Positions 9,597 through 17,264 of a stretch of DNA of 20,000 nt are shown in pieces (positions within the stretch are counted from its first letter, which is position 1; every line of letters starts with the position of its first letter). The position numbers were made by a program, and so were the translations under genes. The notes beneath the pieces were generated by a model, which was given only the letters and a program-made list of their open reading frames with translations, had not been told where the DNA came from and did no database searches. The stretch comes from an uncultured virus (IMG/VR IMGVR_UViG_3300017761_002881) (taxonomy: Duplodnaviria > Heunggongvirae > Uroviricota > Caudoviricetes). Where the stretch lies: the IMG/VR virus record IMGVR_UViG_3300017761_002881, one strand, 5' to 3'.

Positions 9597-9625
9597 ATTA
9601 TAATAACATTTTTATTAAAAGTCAA
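9597..9625 (-). promoter_or_regulatory. Near-consensus sigma70-type promoter for clpP
   Basis: Minus strand TTGACT (9625-9620), 17 nt, TATAAT (9602-9597), then only 6 nt (TAAGGT) before the ATG at 9590. Confidence 0.7.
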
Positions 9626-9627
9626 AA

Positions 9628-10143
9628 CTATTTTATCTTTTTAAGCTGACGTTCCAATTTACGTAGTTGCGTCTTATTACTATTGATATCTTTCTTTAAA
9701 GTAGCTTTAGAAATATTACCACGCAGGAAAACTACTTGTTGCAATAACTGATCTCTAAGTTCTTGTTTTTCTTGTTTCGTTAAACGTTTCTTAGATGACT
9801 CAGTATCAATCTGAGTAGGCGGTAATGTACCTTTCAATTTAGGTTGTTCTTCGCCTTTATGAAATACATTACCTTGTTCATCTACATATTCTTTCATGAA
9901 CTGCCACCCTCGAGGTTTACCGGAAGATTTATATCCAGCCCCGACTTGAGGATCGCCAGCTAGCTGTGAGCTACATTTATGGCATAATACAGATGTTGTA
10001 TTATGTCCGACCTTAGACCAAATATCACATAATTTACCTTGCCAATATTTACCGTCAGGTTCACTGTTACGACAAATCATGTAACGCTTGTTGTCAATAA
10101 TTTTAGATGCAAATTTTTGCACCTCAGTTTGTTTTTTACTCAT
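9628..10143 (-). CDS. Hypothetical basic protein with Cys residues (C, C, CxxC; possible Zn binding) and C-terminal coiled coil
   Basis: 171 aa. Contains MICRN...KLCD...LCHKC and KPRGWQFMKEYVD..GNVFHKGEEQP. Confidence 0.75.
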   Translation of the reverse strand: MSKKQTEVQKFASKIIDNKRYMICRNSEPDGKYWQGKLCDIWSKVGHNTTSVLCHKCSSQLAGDPQVGAGYKSSGKPRGWQFMKEYVDEQGNVFHKGEEQPKLKGTLPPTQIDTESSKKRLTKQEKQELRDQLLQQVVFLRGNISKATLKKDINSNKTQLRKLERQLKKIK

Positions 10144-10160
10144 AAAATTTAATTAAAAGG

Positions 10161-11231
10161 TTATGTCCAATACGCTCTTGTACGACGAGATCGTACCGGT
10201 TCTTGATAAATGTCTTGTTTAGTTTCTACTGGAGATTGCATTGAACCTGTAGGTTCGTTAGAAGCAGTTACTTCCATTTCTATTGGAGCAATAACTTCTA
10301 TTATAGGGGTAACTATAGATGATGTTTCCGGATAATCATACCATTGATGAGATGTATCTTCATAGTCATCTATCTCTTCTTCAGGTTGCTCCGTTACAGG
10401 TTGCTCCGTTATCACAGGCACTGCTGTTTTAGGCTTTAATTTATCAAAAGCTTGATTAGCCACAACTACTAGTGTTATGGCTAACGGATCAAAAACGAAG
10501 ATGATAAGTAACAAATACCAATTAATAACTCTATCCATAGATACACCTACTAACTTGGAAAGATACATTAATGGCCCTAATTCTGATACAGACGAATCTG
10601 AATTACGTATATTAATAATATTGATATCTGCAGTAGATATAGAATCAGATAAAGATTGTATTTTAGAATCTAATATGTCACGATCTGCAATTGCAGAATT
10701 AACTTCGTTTTGAAGTAGAGTACGTGAAGCTGTAGATGTATTTGTTACAACTTGACCCGTTTTACGGTCGATATACTGGCTCTGACCTGGGTTTGAAATA
10801 GCTAATCTAAGTTGCGTAATTGAGTTCGTTAATTGTTCTTTTTCAGCCACATATTCATCCTTTCTAGTCTGAAAATTGGTCTTTTTAGATTCTAACAACC
10901 CAATCTGCCGTTCAACTACTTGTGTAGATGCAAACGTCTCTTGATATGCCCCGGTTAAGAACCCGTATATACCAGCACTAGTAATAGTCATTAATACCAA
11001 TATAGCTATTGTTAAATAGGTACGTAAAATTTTATTGATACTATCCCAGTACTGATATAACGCGGATGCGATTACTAATTTAGCAAACTCTAAACTACCT
11101 GCCATGATCATAACCTGTGTACTAGCGCCGGCAAATAGTTTACCTAGTCCATAAACAGAATAAAATGCTGCAGAACAAGATACTGATAAAGCAGCTAATG
11201 CGATTATGATTGGAAATAGTTTAGCTTTCAT
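10161..11231 (-). CDS. Multi-pass membrane protein with a long coiled coil and acidic C-terminal tail
   Basis: 356 aa. Three N-terminal hydrophobic helices (AAFYSVYGL..LFAG, MAGSLEFAKLV.AS.LY, LM.ITSAGIYGFL), a coiled coil, then ELGPLMYL...LLIIFVFDPLAI.L. Confidence 0.8.
   Translation of the reverse strand: MKAKLFPIIIALAALSVSCSAAFYSVYGLGKLFAGASTQVMIMAGSLEFAKLVIASALYQYWDSINKILRTYLTIAILVLMTITSAGIYGFLTGAYQETFASTQVVERQIGLLESKKTNFQTRKDEYVAEKEQLTNSITQLRLAISNPGQSQYIDRKTGQVVTNTSTASRTLLQNEVNSAIADRDILDSKIQSLSDSISTADINIINIRNSDSSVSELGPLMYLSKLVGVSMDRVINWYLLLIIFVFDPLAITLVVVANQAFDKLKPKTAVPVITEQPVTEQPEEEIDDYEDTSHQWYDYPETSSIVTPIIEVIAPIEMEVTASNEPTGSMQSPVETKQDIYQEPVRSRRTRAYWT
10382..10411 (+). repeat. 15-bp tandem duplication in coding sequence
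   Basis: CAGGTTGCTCCGTTA twice in tandem. Encodes TEQPV-TEQPE in the tail of the 356-aa protein. Confidence 0.85.
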
Positions 11232-11232
11232 G

Positions 11233-11403
11233 TTAACTAATGGAAATACGGTCTATTGCAAATTTAATACGGTTGTGTATTTCAGAAAGACGGCGAACCG
11301 CTTCTGTAGTATCAACAGCTTTTTTATTGGCTAATTCGGCTAGAATCCTAACCATATCATCAGCTTCATCTAATTTGCGTAACACGTTGTCTTTGTCTCT
11401 CAT
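11233..11403 (-). CDS. Small helical hypothetical protein (56 aa), absent from the ORF track
   Basis: MRDKDNVLRKLDEADDMVRILAELANKKAVDTTEAVRRLSEIHNRIKFAIDRISIS. Strong AGGAGG 7 nt upstream, ATGA overlap with the uvsE stop, fills the gap exactly. Confidence 0.85.
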   Translation of the reverse strand: MRDKDNVLRKLDEADDMVRILAELANKKAVDTTEAVRRLSEIHNRIKFAIDRISIS

Positions 11404-12449
11404 ACTAAAACCTCCTGTTGTTTATATGCATAAATATTACGGAACTGTAAAAGGGCTAATTCTTTAGCCTTAGCCTCGATCATAATATCTAAAGGCAATC
11501 CGTATGTCTCAATAGGCCCTTGAATATAATCAGAGTGGGCCGTCTCTTTGATCTTATCAAACTCTCGCTTGATACCTGCCAATGTTGGCCATGTATGTAA
11601 ATCTTCAATTAAGATATTGTTAGCCTTACACGTGTCCTGAATAAGTCGCAAATGTTCTTGTCGTCGGGACTCCGACCAATGCGTAGCTTGTCGAATATGT
11701 GACGGCCATGTCTCGCGAGCTAACATCAATGCTTCATACTCGGTAAGTCCGTCGGGATGAAACTTATGATGATAGTAATCAAATGTAATAGGAATGCCGT
11801 TATTGCGATGAATAAAGTTATACAACATGTTAACACTAAACATACTAGCCTTGTCATCATTCTCGATAACTAATCGGGACTTGCAACTGTCAGATAATCT
11901 ATCCCAATTATGTAACCATGTCATCGCAGCACGCTCAGGATTGCCATAGGCGCCGCCGATATGAATATTGATCTTATTCTCGTAAGAAGGAGTAAAGCCC
12001 ATCATATCAAACATTTCGGAATGACGCTCTAAACCAATAAGTGACTTCTTAACTACAGCCTCATGAGGTGAGCTAAGAATATGAAACGGGCCGGGATGGG
12101 TAGATAAACGATGGCCATGCAGCTTTGCATAATCACCACATTCTCGTAACATAGCAGCGATAGCATCGTAATTAGGTAGGTCGGTAAGTTCGTAATGATC
12201 ATGCCATGGAATAAGCTCTGAACCGATTCGAAACAACCGTATGTCATTCTCTTCGTTCCATTTCAAGTAATGCAATAGATCGGTAGCATTGGCTAATGCT
12301 AAATCACCTAACTTGCGCAAGTCCCATGTATGGTACCAAGAATCTCTACGTACACCTCGCGAGGTTGTAACACGGCCACCTAACTTTTTTGGACGGTTTG
12401 TCAATGTCATGTTGACACAGGCATAACCTAATCTTACATTTTCATTCAT
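11400..12449 (-). CDS. uvsE: UV DNA damage endonuclease (UvsE/UvdE family)
   Basis: 349 aa. RLGYAC, IRLFRIGSELIPW, RLSTHPGPF..LSS, KINIHIGGAYG, RLVIENDDK, PITFDYYHH, AHSDY and DIMIEAKAKELAL. Confidence 0.95.
   Translation of the reverse strand: MNENVRLGYACVNMTLTNRPKKLGGRVTTSRGVRRDSWYHTWDLRKLGDLALANATDLLHYLKWNEENDIRLFRIGSELIPWHDHYELTDLPNYDAIAAMLRECGDYAKLHGHRLSTHPGPFHILSSPHEAVVKKSLIGLERHSEMFDMMGFTPSYENKINIHIGGAYGNPERAAMTWLHNWDRLSDSCKSRLVIENDDKASMFSVNMLYNFIHRNNGIPITFDYYHHKFHPDGLTEYEALMLARETWPSHIRQATHWSESRRQEHLRLIQDTCKANNILIEDLHTWPTLAGIKREFDKIKETAHSDYIQGPIETYGLPLDIMIEAKAKELALLQFRNIYAYKQQEVLV
11430..11437 (-). promoter_or_regulatory. ATATTTAT motif (candidate late promoter)
   Basis: Within the 3' end of uvsE, 26 nt upstream of the ATG at 11403. 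Confidence 0.45.
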
Positions 12450-12470
12450 AACTTATTTTTTATTTTTAAT

Positions 12471-12499
12471 AAGATAAGTAAAAACCCGTACGGATCCAA
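12471..12499 (-). promoter_or_regulatory. Putative sigma70-like promoter for uvsE
   Basis: TTGGAT (12499-12494), 17 nt, TATCTT (12476-12471). Shares TWGGATYCGTAC-N9-CTTATC with the site at 17812-17840. Confidence 0.6.
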
Positions 12500-12601
12500 A
12501 TTTATTTTTAAAAAAATGAACTTGGTCCTGTTACGGGTCTTATGATATTCATAGAAAAAGATCTATTGTATATCGTTCTTATTTAGAACATATCGGGCTA
12601 T

Positions 12602-13018
12602 TTAGTTCTCGCACATCGGCTGTTCTTCGCCTACCATTTCATATGCTATAAAATACTTAGGCATAACGGCTCGTGGCGATTTACGTACATCAGGTCGTCG
12701 GTGTAGTATATAACCAGTATACCACATATGTTTAACAAAACTACGTATTAGACGTAAATTTTCAGATGAAAATACTATTATACGATCTATAGTCATAATA
12801 GTTAACATGTAAGGGCCTACACGTAATTCTTGCATAGACATTAGTACACGTCTACCGGAGCCATCATGTTCATTCTCTAATTTAGAGATCTGCTTATCAA
12901 CAGATTTTTCTGTACCTATATGCATAGCATCCCACAGGAATTCAATCTTCTCTGTGGGATTCAATGCAACAAATACATCGAAATCATTTTCTTGTATTAC
13001 GAGGTCTTTTAGTATCAT
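12602..13018 (-). CDS. Hypothetical protein
   Basis: 138-aa ORF with an ATATTTAT motif at 13049-13056 upstream. Confidence 0.7.
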   Translation of the reverse strand: MILKDLVIQENDFDVFVALNPTEKIEFLWDAMHIGTEKSVDKQISKLENEHDGSGRRVLMSMQELRVGPYMLTIMTIDRIIVFSSENLRLIRSFVKHMWYTGYILHRRPDVRKSPRAVMPKYFIAYEMVGEEQPMCEN

Positions 13019-13048
13019 AATTGGTTGAAAATGATTAATACATTTTAT

Positions 13049-13056
13049 ATAAATAT
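13049..13056 (-). promoter_or_regulatory. ATATTTAT motif (candidate late promoter)
   Basis: Intergenic, 30 nt upstream of the ATG at 13018. Confidence 0.55.
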
Positions 13057-13060
13057 CTGC

Positions 13061-13333
13061 TTAGTCCAGACGTCCCATCATGCCTAAACGATATCGTTTC
13101 ATAACTGTTTCTCGTGCCTCGCGGCATGTCTGCTCCATCAATTCTAATTCTTCCATAGTCATTGGAAAACGTGAATTTCCAATAATAAACTCCCCAACGT
13201 TAGTACTATAAGAATTGTGCTTGAAAACTTGCGCAGAGACTTTGTCATTACACTCAAAGTCAATTGAGCCGTAAAAACGTCCATACTTGCGTGTCTTGTT
13301 TTGGTCCACTGCGAACCTGCTGTTAATGCTCAT
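13061..13333 (-). CDS. Hypothetical protein (about 90 aa)
   Basis: The track start at 13426 overlaps the methyltransferase by 82 nt. The in-frame ATG at 13333 (MSINSRFAVDQ...) just downstream of its stop is more plausible. Confidence 0.7.
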   Translation of the reverse strand: MSINSRFAVDQNKTRKYGRFYGSIDFECNDKVSAQVFKHNSYSTNVGEFIIGNSRFPMTMEELELMEQTCREARETVMKRYRLGMMGRLD

Positions 13334-13344
13334 ACAATCTGATT

Positions 13345-14085
13345 TTATTTGTAAATAATTAATGTAAACATTTCGGTAGAATAGGAATGATCTATAGCTA
13401 CTCCACCAAATTCTTTTTGTGCCCAATTTATAACGTCACCTGGATTATAGTTGGTTAATCCATCTTCGATGCCCGGTACATCTGAAGCTAACATAACGGC
13501 TACACCTGAAGTAGCACATTCATACATAGCTTTGATAGAAGCTTTGAAATACTCCCAATTATCTTTAGTAAGGTCTCTATCGTATCGTAAATTCAATGAA
13601 TTTACATTGATACACCATTCTTTTTTAAGATCTTTAGGCATATTCAACCAATCCGCAACTCTAATATCGATATCCGGATATAGTTCTTTACCGGCATTTA
13701 TTAATACTTCGTTAATATCAATACCAGTATAGTCAATCTGATCAGGCTCAATTTCCATGCGTTGCGCATAGAATACTTTGAAATCTCCGCGGCCACAACC
13801 AAAGTCTAATACAGATGATAATCCAATAGTATTGGCAATAACGCCGTAACTAGTAAATTGTCGTTCTCGATTATCGTATCCTACAACTTCACTAGAATGC
13901 ATTATGTAACCCTCATCTGGATCGGGTGGCATGTATTCTAATTCTATACTCTCCGATTCAGTCTCTGTCGGAGAAAATGACTCACTTTTAATAAGCTCGT
14001 CTAAAATAGTTAATTCTACATCTACTTCCGGCTCTGTTGTAACTTCAGGCTGCGATGATAAAAACTGTTTAATTTTTCTTAGCAT
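13345..14085 (-). CDS. Class I SAM-dependent methyltransferase with an acidic N-terminal extension
   Basis: 246 aa. Motif I SVLDFGCGRGD and motif II YTGIDIN..LI..GK..YP. Confidence 0.85.
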   Translation of the reverse strand: MLRKIKQFLSSQPEVTTEPEVDVELTILDELIKSESFSPTETESESIELEYMPPDPDEGYIMHSSEVVGYDNRERQFTSYGVIANTIGLSSVLDFGCGRGDFKVFYAQRMEIEPDQIDYTGIDINEVLINAGKELYPDIDIRVADWLNMPKDLKKEWCINVNSLNLRYDRDLTKDNWEYFKASIKAMYECATSGVAVMLASDVPGIEDGLTNYNPGDVINWAQKEFGGVAIDHSYSTEMFTLIIYK

Positions 14086-14350
14086 TCTTTTTTCGTTTTT
14101 GTATTCGACTTAGTTTAGATTCGATATCAAGTAAACTCATTCGTTCTGGATGAGTCCTATTAAAGTTTTGAGTAGTCTTACATGCTAATGCTGCATATTT
14201 CCATGCAGTATCCGTATCATATGCAGACGGCATAAAATACTCTTCAGCTAAGATCGTATCATTATTTTCTACTACATACGATCCGTCCTCTGACATTAAC
14301 AGCTTGGCATTAGGATACTGTTTTAAAACACGTTTCTGATCCTTGTTCAT
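14069..14350 (-). CDS. Hypothetical protein (about 93 aa)
   Basis: In-frame ATG at 14350 (MNKDQKRVLKQYPNA...) lies just after the upstream stop. The track start at 14434 overlaps the upstream gene. Confidence 0.7.
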   Translation of the reverse strand: MNKDQKRVLKQYPNAKLLMSEDGSYVVENNDTILAEEYFMPSAYDTDTAWKYAALACKTTQNFNRTHPERMSLLDIESKLSRIQKRKKNAKKN

Positions 14351-14360
14351 AGAAAATATT

Positions 14361-14720
14361 TTAGTATGATCTAGCACCAATAGTTTTAAATATAAAGTCA
14401 TTATTTCGTTCAAAGTGATTGGTCGGATATTCATCAGTTAATTGAATATCTGATGCATAATTAGCCACAGTATGTCCTAGATTTTTATCTACGTACATAT
14501 TGTTTTTACCATCATTTAAACGAAATATTTCCGTTAATTTAGAGTCAATATAGAAATGAGATTTTTTACTATCGACCGGAACCATTAGATATGCCGATCC
14601 TTTTTCTGAGCGAATATCATACGTAGATATGCCCTTTTTAGTTCTACGATTAGTAATCAATCCTACCTGATTGCTACCATCGAAACGAAATACAACTAAT
14701 TCATCAACATTATATCGCAT
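14361..14720 (-). CDS. Hypothetical protein with an SH3/Tudor-like N-terminus
   Basis: 119 aa. RYNVDELVVFR......VGLI........YDI pattern; TAAGGT upstream. Confidence 0.7.
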   Translation of the reverse strand: MRYNVDELVVFRFDGSNQVGLITNRRTKKGISTYDIRSEKGSAYLMVPVDSKKSHFYIDSKLTEIFRLNDGKNNMYVDKNLGHTVANYASDIQLTDEYPTNHFERNNDFIFKTIGARSY

Positions 14721-14723
14721 ACC

Positions 14724-14930
14724 TTATTTTTTATCGTTAATAATTTTACAAATCTTGCTATTGGATACAGACTTAACATCAAACTCAACATTAGAATTTT
14801 GAAAATCTTCGTTGATAAGTTGTTCTGCATGCGTAACAGATACGGCATTAACGAGGTAGGTTTCAGTAACCCATTTTACACCCTTAGGTGTGTCGGTTGC
14901 AATCTTTACTTTGGATACGTAATAATTCAT
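14724..14930 (-). CDS. DUF4494-like protein
   Basis: 68 aa. YYVSKVK......G.KWVTETYLVNAVSVTHAE...F.VKSV..SKI matches the Bacteroidota-associated DUF4494 pattern as I recall it. Confidence 0.75.
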   Translation of the reverse strand: MNYYVSKVKIATDTPKGVKWVTETYLVNAVSVTHAEQLINEDFQNSNVEFDVKSVSNSKICKIINDKK

Positions 14931-14956
14931 AACTATTTATTTTTATTATTTACTTT

Positions 14957-14985
14957 ATTATAACAACTATTTTCTATAAGTCCTA
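14957..14985 (-). promoter_or_regulatory. Putative sigma70-like promoter for the DUF4494 gene cluster
   Basis: TAGGAC (14985-14980), 17 nt, TATAAT (14962-14957), followed by an A-rich leader. Confidence 0.6.
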
Positions 14986-15003
14986 ATAATTACGTAACTT
15001 TGT

Positions 15004-15402
15004 TTACATTTGTTTTGGAATTGGTTGCGCACGGCGACCGCCTTTTGTACGCATAGACTCAAGTTCTTCAGCAATTTCTATTTCAGCACGTATCATTGTT
15101 TTCAATACACTCTTTTCATCTATCAAACCTAACATAGATTTGTAAGTGCGATATGGTGTATCATCACCTGCTGCCATCTCTGAAGACTTTATTAATTCTT
15201 TGAAACGACTAACTATACCTGAACGTAATTGTGACCTTAGCATTGAGCCAAAGCCAACTACTAATACTTCTGGATCTACTGGATCGAAGTTCTTTGGATC
15301 TAATATCCGGCCGTAACGACCTGACTGTTCCATAATCACATTTTGCAACTCTTCGGTTACAATTTGCTTGATTCTATTTTTAAAATCTTCGTGATTCATC
15401 AT
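15004..15402 (-). CDS. Hypothetical protein with an IVTEEL-type N-terminal leader
   Basis: ATG at 15402 makes an ATGA overlap with the upstream stop. N-terminus ...IKQIVTEELQNVIME. Confidence 0.75.
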   Translation of the reverse strand: MMNHEDFKNRIKQIVTEELQNVIMEQSGRYGRILDPKNFDPVDPEVLVVGFGSMLRSQLRSGIVSRFKELIKSSEMAAGDDTPYRTYKSMLGLIDEKSVLKTMIRAEIEIAEELESMRTKGGRRAQPIPKQM

Positions 15403-15653
15403 TCCCAAAATATTAGTTTAGCTATTACACCTAATAAGGCTATCCAGACAGACCAAAGCGCGGCCGAGGCCTGTTTGCGAAATTCTGTATTTTTATTTAC
15501 ACGCGCAATGGCGCCATTATCTGGATCTAATAATACACGTTTAATGTCGGATATATCCGTTTGCATTTTCACTTGTGTATCACGCATAACTTCTACGTCT
15601 TTTTTGATCAATTGTAACTCATTGTGTATTTCAGATGTAGTTGGCCTCGGCAT
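15399..15653 (-). CDS. Coiled-coil protein with a C-terminal membrane helix (holin/XhlA-like architecture)
   Basis: 84 aa. Heptad N-terminus, then ALWSVWIALLGVIAKLIFW. Confidence 0.65.
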   Translation of the reverse strand: MPRPTTSEIHNELQLIKKDVEVMRDTQVKMQTDISDIKRVLLDPDNGAIARVNKNTEFRKQASAALWSVWIALLGVIAKLIFWE

Positions 15654-15659
15654 ATATTT

Positions 15660-15845
15660 TTAAGCCTTTTTTGACTCGTTCACTGACTCTTTACGATAAT
15701 CAGTAACAAGTTTTTTAAACTCTCCCGCTGCAGTACGTGCGCGGGTTGCAGCTGCTTTATTTCCTTTGTTCACGAACTGATCGTGATTAAGTTCAATGGC
15801 TTCCCATAGTTGCTTCATCTGCGTAAATAATTCATTTGATGTCAT
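15660..15845 (-). CDS. Hc1 / histone H1-like small nucleoid-associated protein
   Basis: 61 aa. KGNKAAATRAR.A..E.KKL..DYRKES matches the KGNKAAGTRARK..LE..K..KEFRK.S core of Bacteroidota 'histone H1' and chlamydial Hc1 N-domain proteins. Confidence 0.8.
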   Translation of the reverse strand: MTSNELFTQMKQLWEAIELNHDQFVNKGNKAAATRARTAAGEFKKLVTDYRKESVNESKKA

Positions 15846-15867
15846 AACATTTTCCTTTTTGTTTTTA

Positions 15868-15875
15868 ATAAATAT
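15868..15875 (-). promoter_or_regulatory. ATATTTAT motif (candidate late promoter)
   Basis: Intergenic, 22 nt upstream of the Hc1-like gene. Confidence 0.6.
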
Positions 15876-15878
15876 GTA

Positions 15879-16130
15879 CTACTCATAGTAGTCATCTTCG
15901 TATGAGTCAGAATCGTACTCATCCGTTTCTTCACTGAGTTCTGTAACTTCAAAAATACGGTTAAATTCTATTTCCAAGTCATCTTCATCTTGAAGGTCTT
16001 TATCAATACACTGATAAATCAAATCTCCGTCTAGATATACTTCGCCAATGGCAGTATCTTCATCTATGAAAAATTCCAAAGCATCGCCTCGAAACGTTTC
16101 ACTTGTCATTAAGTTATGTACCGTAATCAT
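15879..16130 (-). CDS. Highly acidic small hypothetical protein
   Basis: 83 aa, very D/E-rich, with tail EETDEYDSDSYEDDYYE. ATATTTAT motif upstream. Confidence 0.75.
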   Translation of the reverse strand: MITVHNLMTSETFRGDALEFFIDEDTAIGEVYLDGDLIYQCIDKDLQDEDDLEIEFNRIFEVTELSEETDEYDSDSYEDDYYE

Positions 16131-16144
16131 AGCCTTTTTCTTTT

Positions 16145-16152
16145 ATAAATAT
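16145..16152 (-). promoter_or_regulatory. ATATTTAT motif (candidate late promoter)
   Basis: Intergenic, 14 nt upstream of the ATG at 16130. Confidence 0.6.
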
Positions 16153-16153
16153 A

Positions 16154-16300
16154 TTAAGGACGACCCTGTCCACGATATACTTTTTTATATTTTTTAGAAC
16201 GTTTTATCTTGCTAGATTTGCATTTAGAATGAACCCCAGGACGTTTTTTTCTTGCTTGAGGTGTCCATGCATTAGTCGATTTTGAATTGCCGCGTGCCAT
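16154..16300 (-). CDS. Very basic 48-aa peptide ending in YRGQGRP, absent from the ORF track
   Basis: MARGNSKSTNAWTPQARKKRPGVHSKCKSSKIKRSKKYKKVYRGQGRP. AAAAGGA upstream. Fills the gap between neighbours. C-terminal YRGQG resembles a small conserved phage peptide family. Confidence 0.85.
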   Translation of the reverse strand: MARGNSKSTNAWTPQARKKRPGVHSKCKSSKIKRSKKYKKVYRGQGRP

Positions 16301-16517
16301 ATATGTAATCCTTTTTTAGTACTTTTATACTATATATATGTATACGAGATAAAGTCCAGGATAACCGGCGCTTAAGTTCGTCAGTATTGCGTTTATCGTC
16401 AGGCCTAGGATAGTCACAATGCAAGACATAATGCTGCCAATGACGGCCTGCTGAATAACCGATCAACACCTTATATAAGTGGCAGTATGGGTATGGATCA
16501 TTTCTTAATTTCTCCAC
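16272..16517 (-). CDS. Hypothetical protein
   Basis: 81-aa ORF with short overlaps at both ends. Confidence 0.55.
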   Translation of the reverse strand: MEKLRNDPYPYCHLYKVLIGYSAGRHWQHYVLHCDYPRPDDKRNTDELKRRLSWTLSRIHIYSIKVLKKDYIYGTRQFKID

Positions 16518-16797
16518 GTAAAAACTTCTTTTGGTCTTCGATAATATCAGATAGATCTGAGGTATTTTCCGTTTCTATTTTACCAGTACCTTTAGCATCT
16601 CGAGATACAATAAACCATGGCTTCGGCTTTTTTAGAGTAGTATCTTCCCAGTCACAATTTGGCAAAATTGCCCCATCAGCACAACGTACGTCATAGGTAC
16701 CTTCTGTACGTATTGACATGACTTTACCTACTCGAGGCGCACCTAGCATACGCACTGTAACGGTATCCCCGATGTTAAGTTTATACTTTCTAGACAT
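16498..16797 (-). CDS. Hypothetical protein with an SH3/Tudor-like N-terminus
   Basis: 99 aa. KLNIGDTVTVR......GKV.......YDVRC.DG pattern. Confidence 0.7.
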   Translation of the reverse strand: MSRKYKLNIGDTVTVRMLGAPRVGKVMSIRTEGTYDVRCADGAILPNCDWEDTTLKKPKPWFIVSRDAKGTGKIETENTSDLSDIIEDQKKFLRGEIKK

Positions 16798-16798
16798 G

Positions 16799-17077
16799 CT
16801 AATAGTATTTGATTACTTTATTGTAATCGTTATTATGAACCACGCTGTTTACTTCGAGTTCTACACGAGCCACTTCGATTAGACTTTGCAATGCTTGTTG
16901 ATATCTACCATCAAACATTACCGGCACGTGCATTAAATGATTAATATATTCTTGGATGAATCCTATAACCTCATTCTCAGTTTTTTGCGGCATTTTATGT
17001 GATATCCAAAGGCGTAAAAAACGTGCCAAATCATTGGCTTGCCGTGTATTTAGATACTGTATAAACGCCTCTCTCAT
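16799..17077 (-). CDS. Hypothetical protein
   Basis: 92 aa, ATGA-coupled to the upstream gene. Confidence 0.7.
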   Translation of the reverse strand: MREAFIQYLNTRQANDLARFLRLWISHKMPQKTENEVIGFIQEYINHLMHVPVMFDGRYQQALQSLIEVARVELEVNSVVHNNDYNKVIKYY

Positions 17078-17256
17078 TCCGGTGAGCTTTGCTGGTTATA
17101 GACACGTTGCTCCACCTTATGACAAATCTCATTGAAATGTTTACGGGCCGTACTAACCGTGTAAGTATTGCCCCAAATAGTCCCTAGATCACGTTCGTTG
17201 ATCGTGATTAGATCGCCGGTCAATTCGACCGTATATTTACCAATTTCTCGTCTCAT
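17074..17256 (-). CDS. Hypothetical protein
   Basis: 60 aa. ATATTTAT motif 8 nt upstream. Confidence 0.65.
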   Translation of the reverse strand: MRREIGKYTVELTGDLITINERDLGTIWGNTYTVSTARKHFNEICHKVEQRVYNQQSSPE

Positions 17257-17264
17257 CTTTTTAA

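Noticed and set aside
10382..10411. 15-bp tandem repeat as a phase-variation or functional element
   Set aside because: Only two in-frame copies within a low-complexity protein tail; most simply a slippage duplication.
8385..12247. Nested minus-strand ORFs 8385-8618 and 12053-12247
   Set aside because: Out-of-frame ORFs fully inside the HD hydrolase and uvsE genes, with no independent support.
12575..12589. Small hairpin GTTCT-TATTT-AGAAC downstream of the 138-aa gene as a terminator
   Set aside because: The stem is only 5 bp and AT-rich with no adjacent U-tract; too weak to call.
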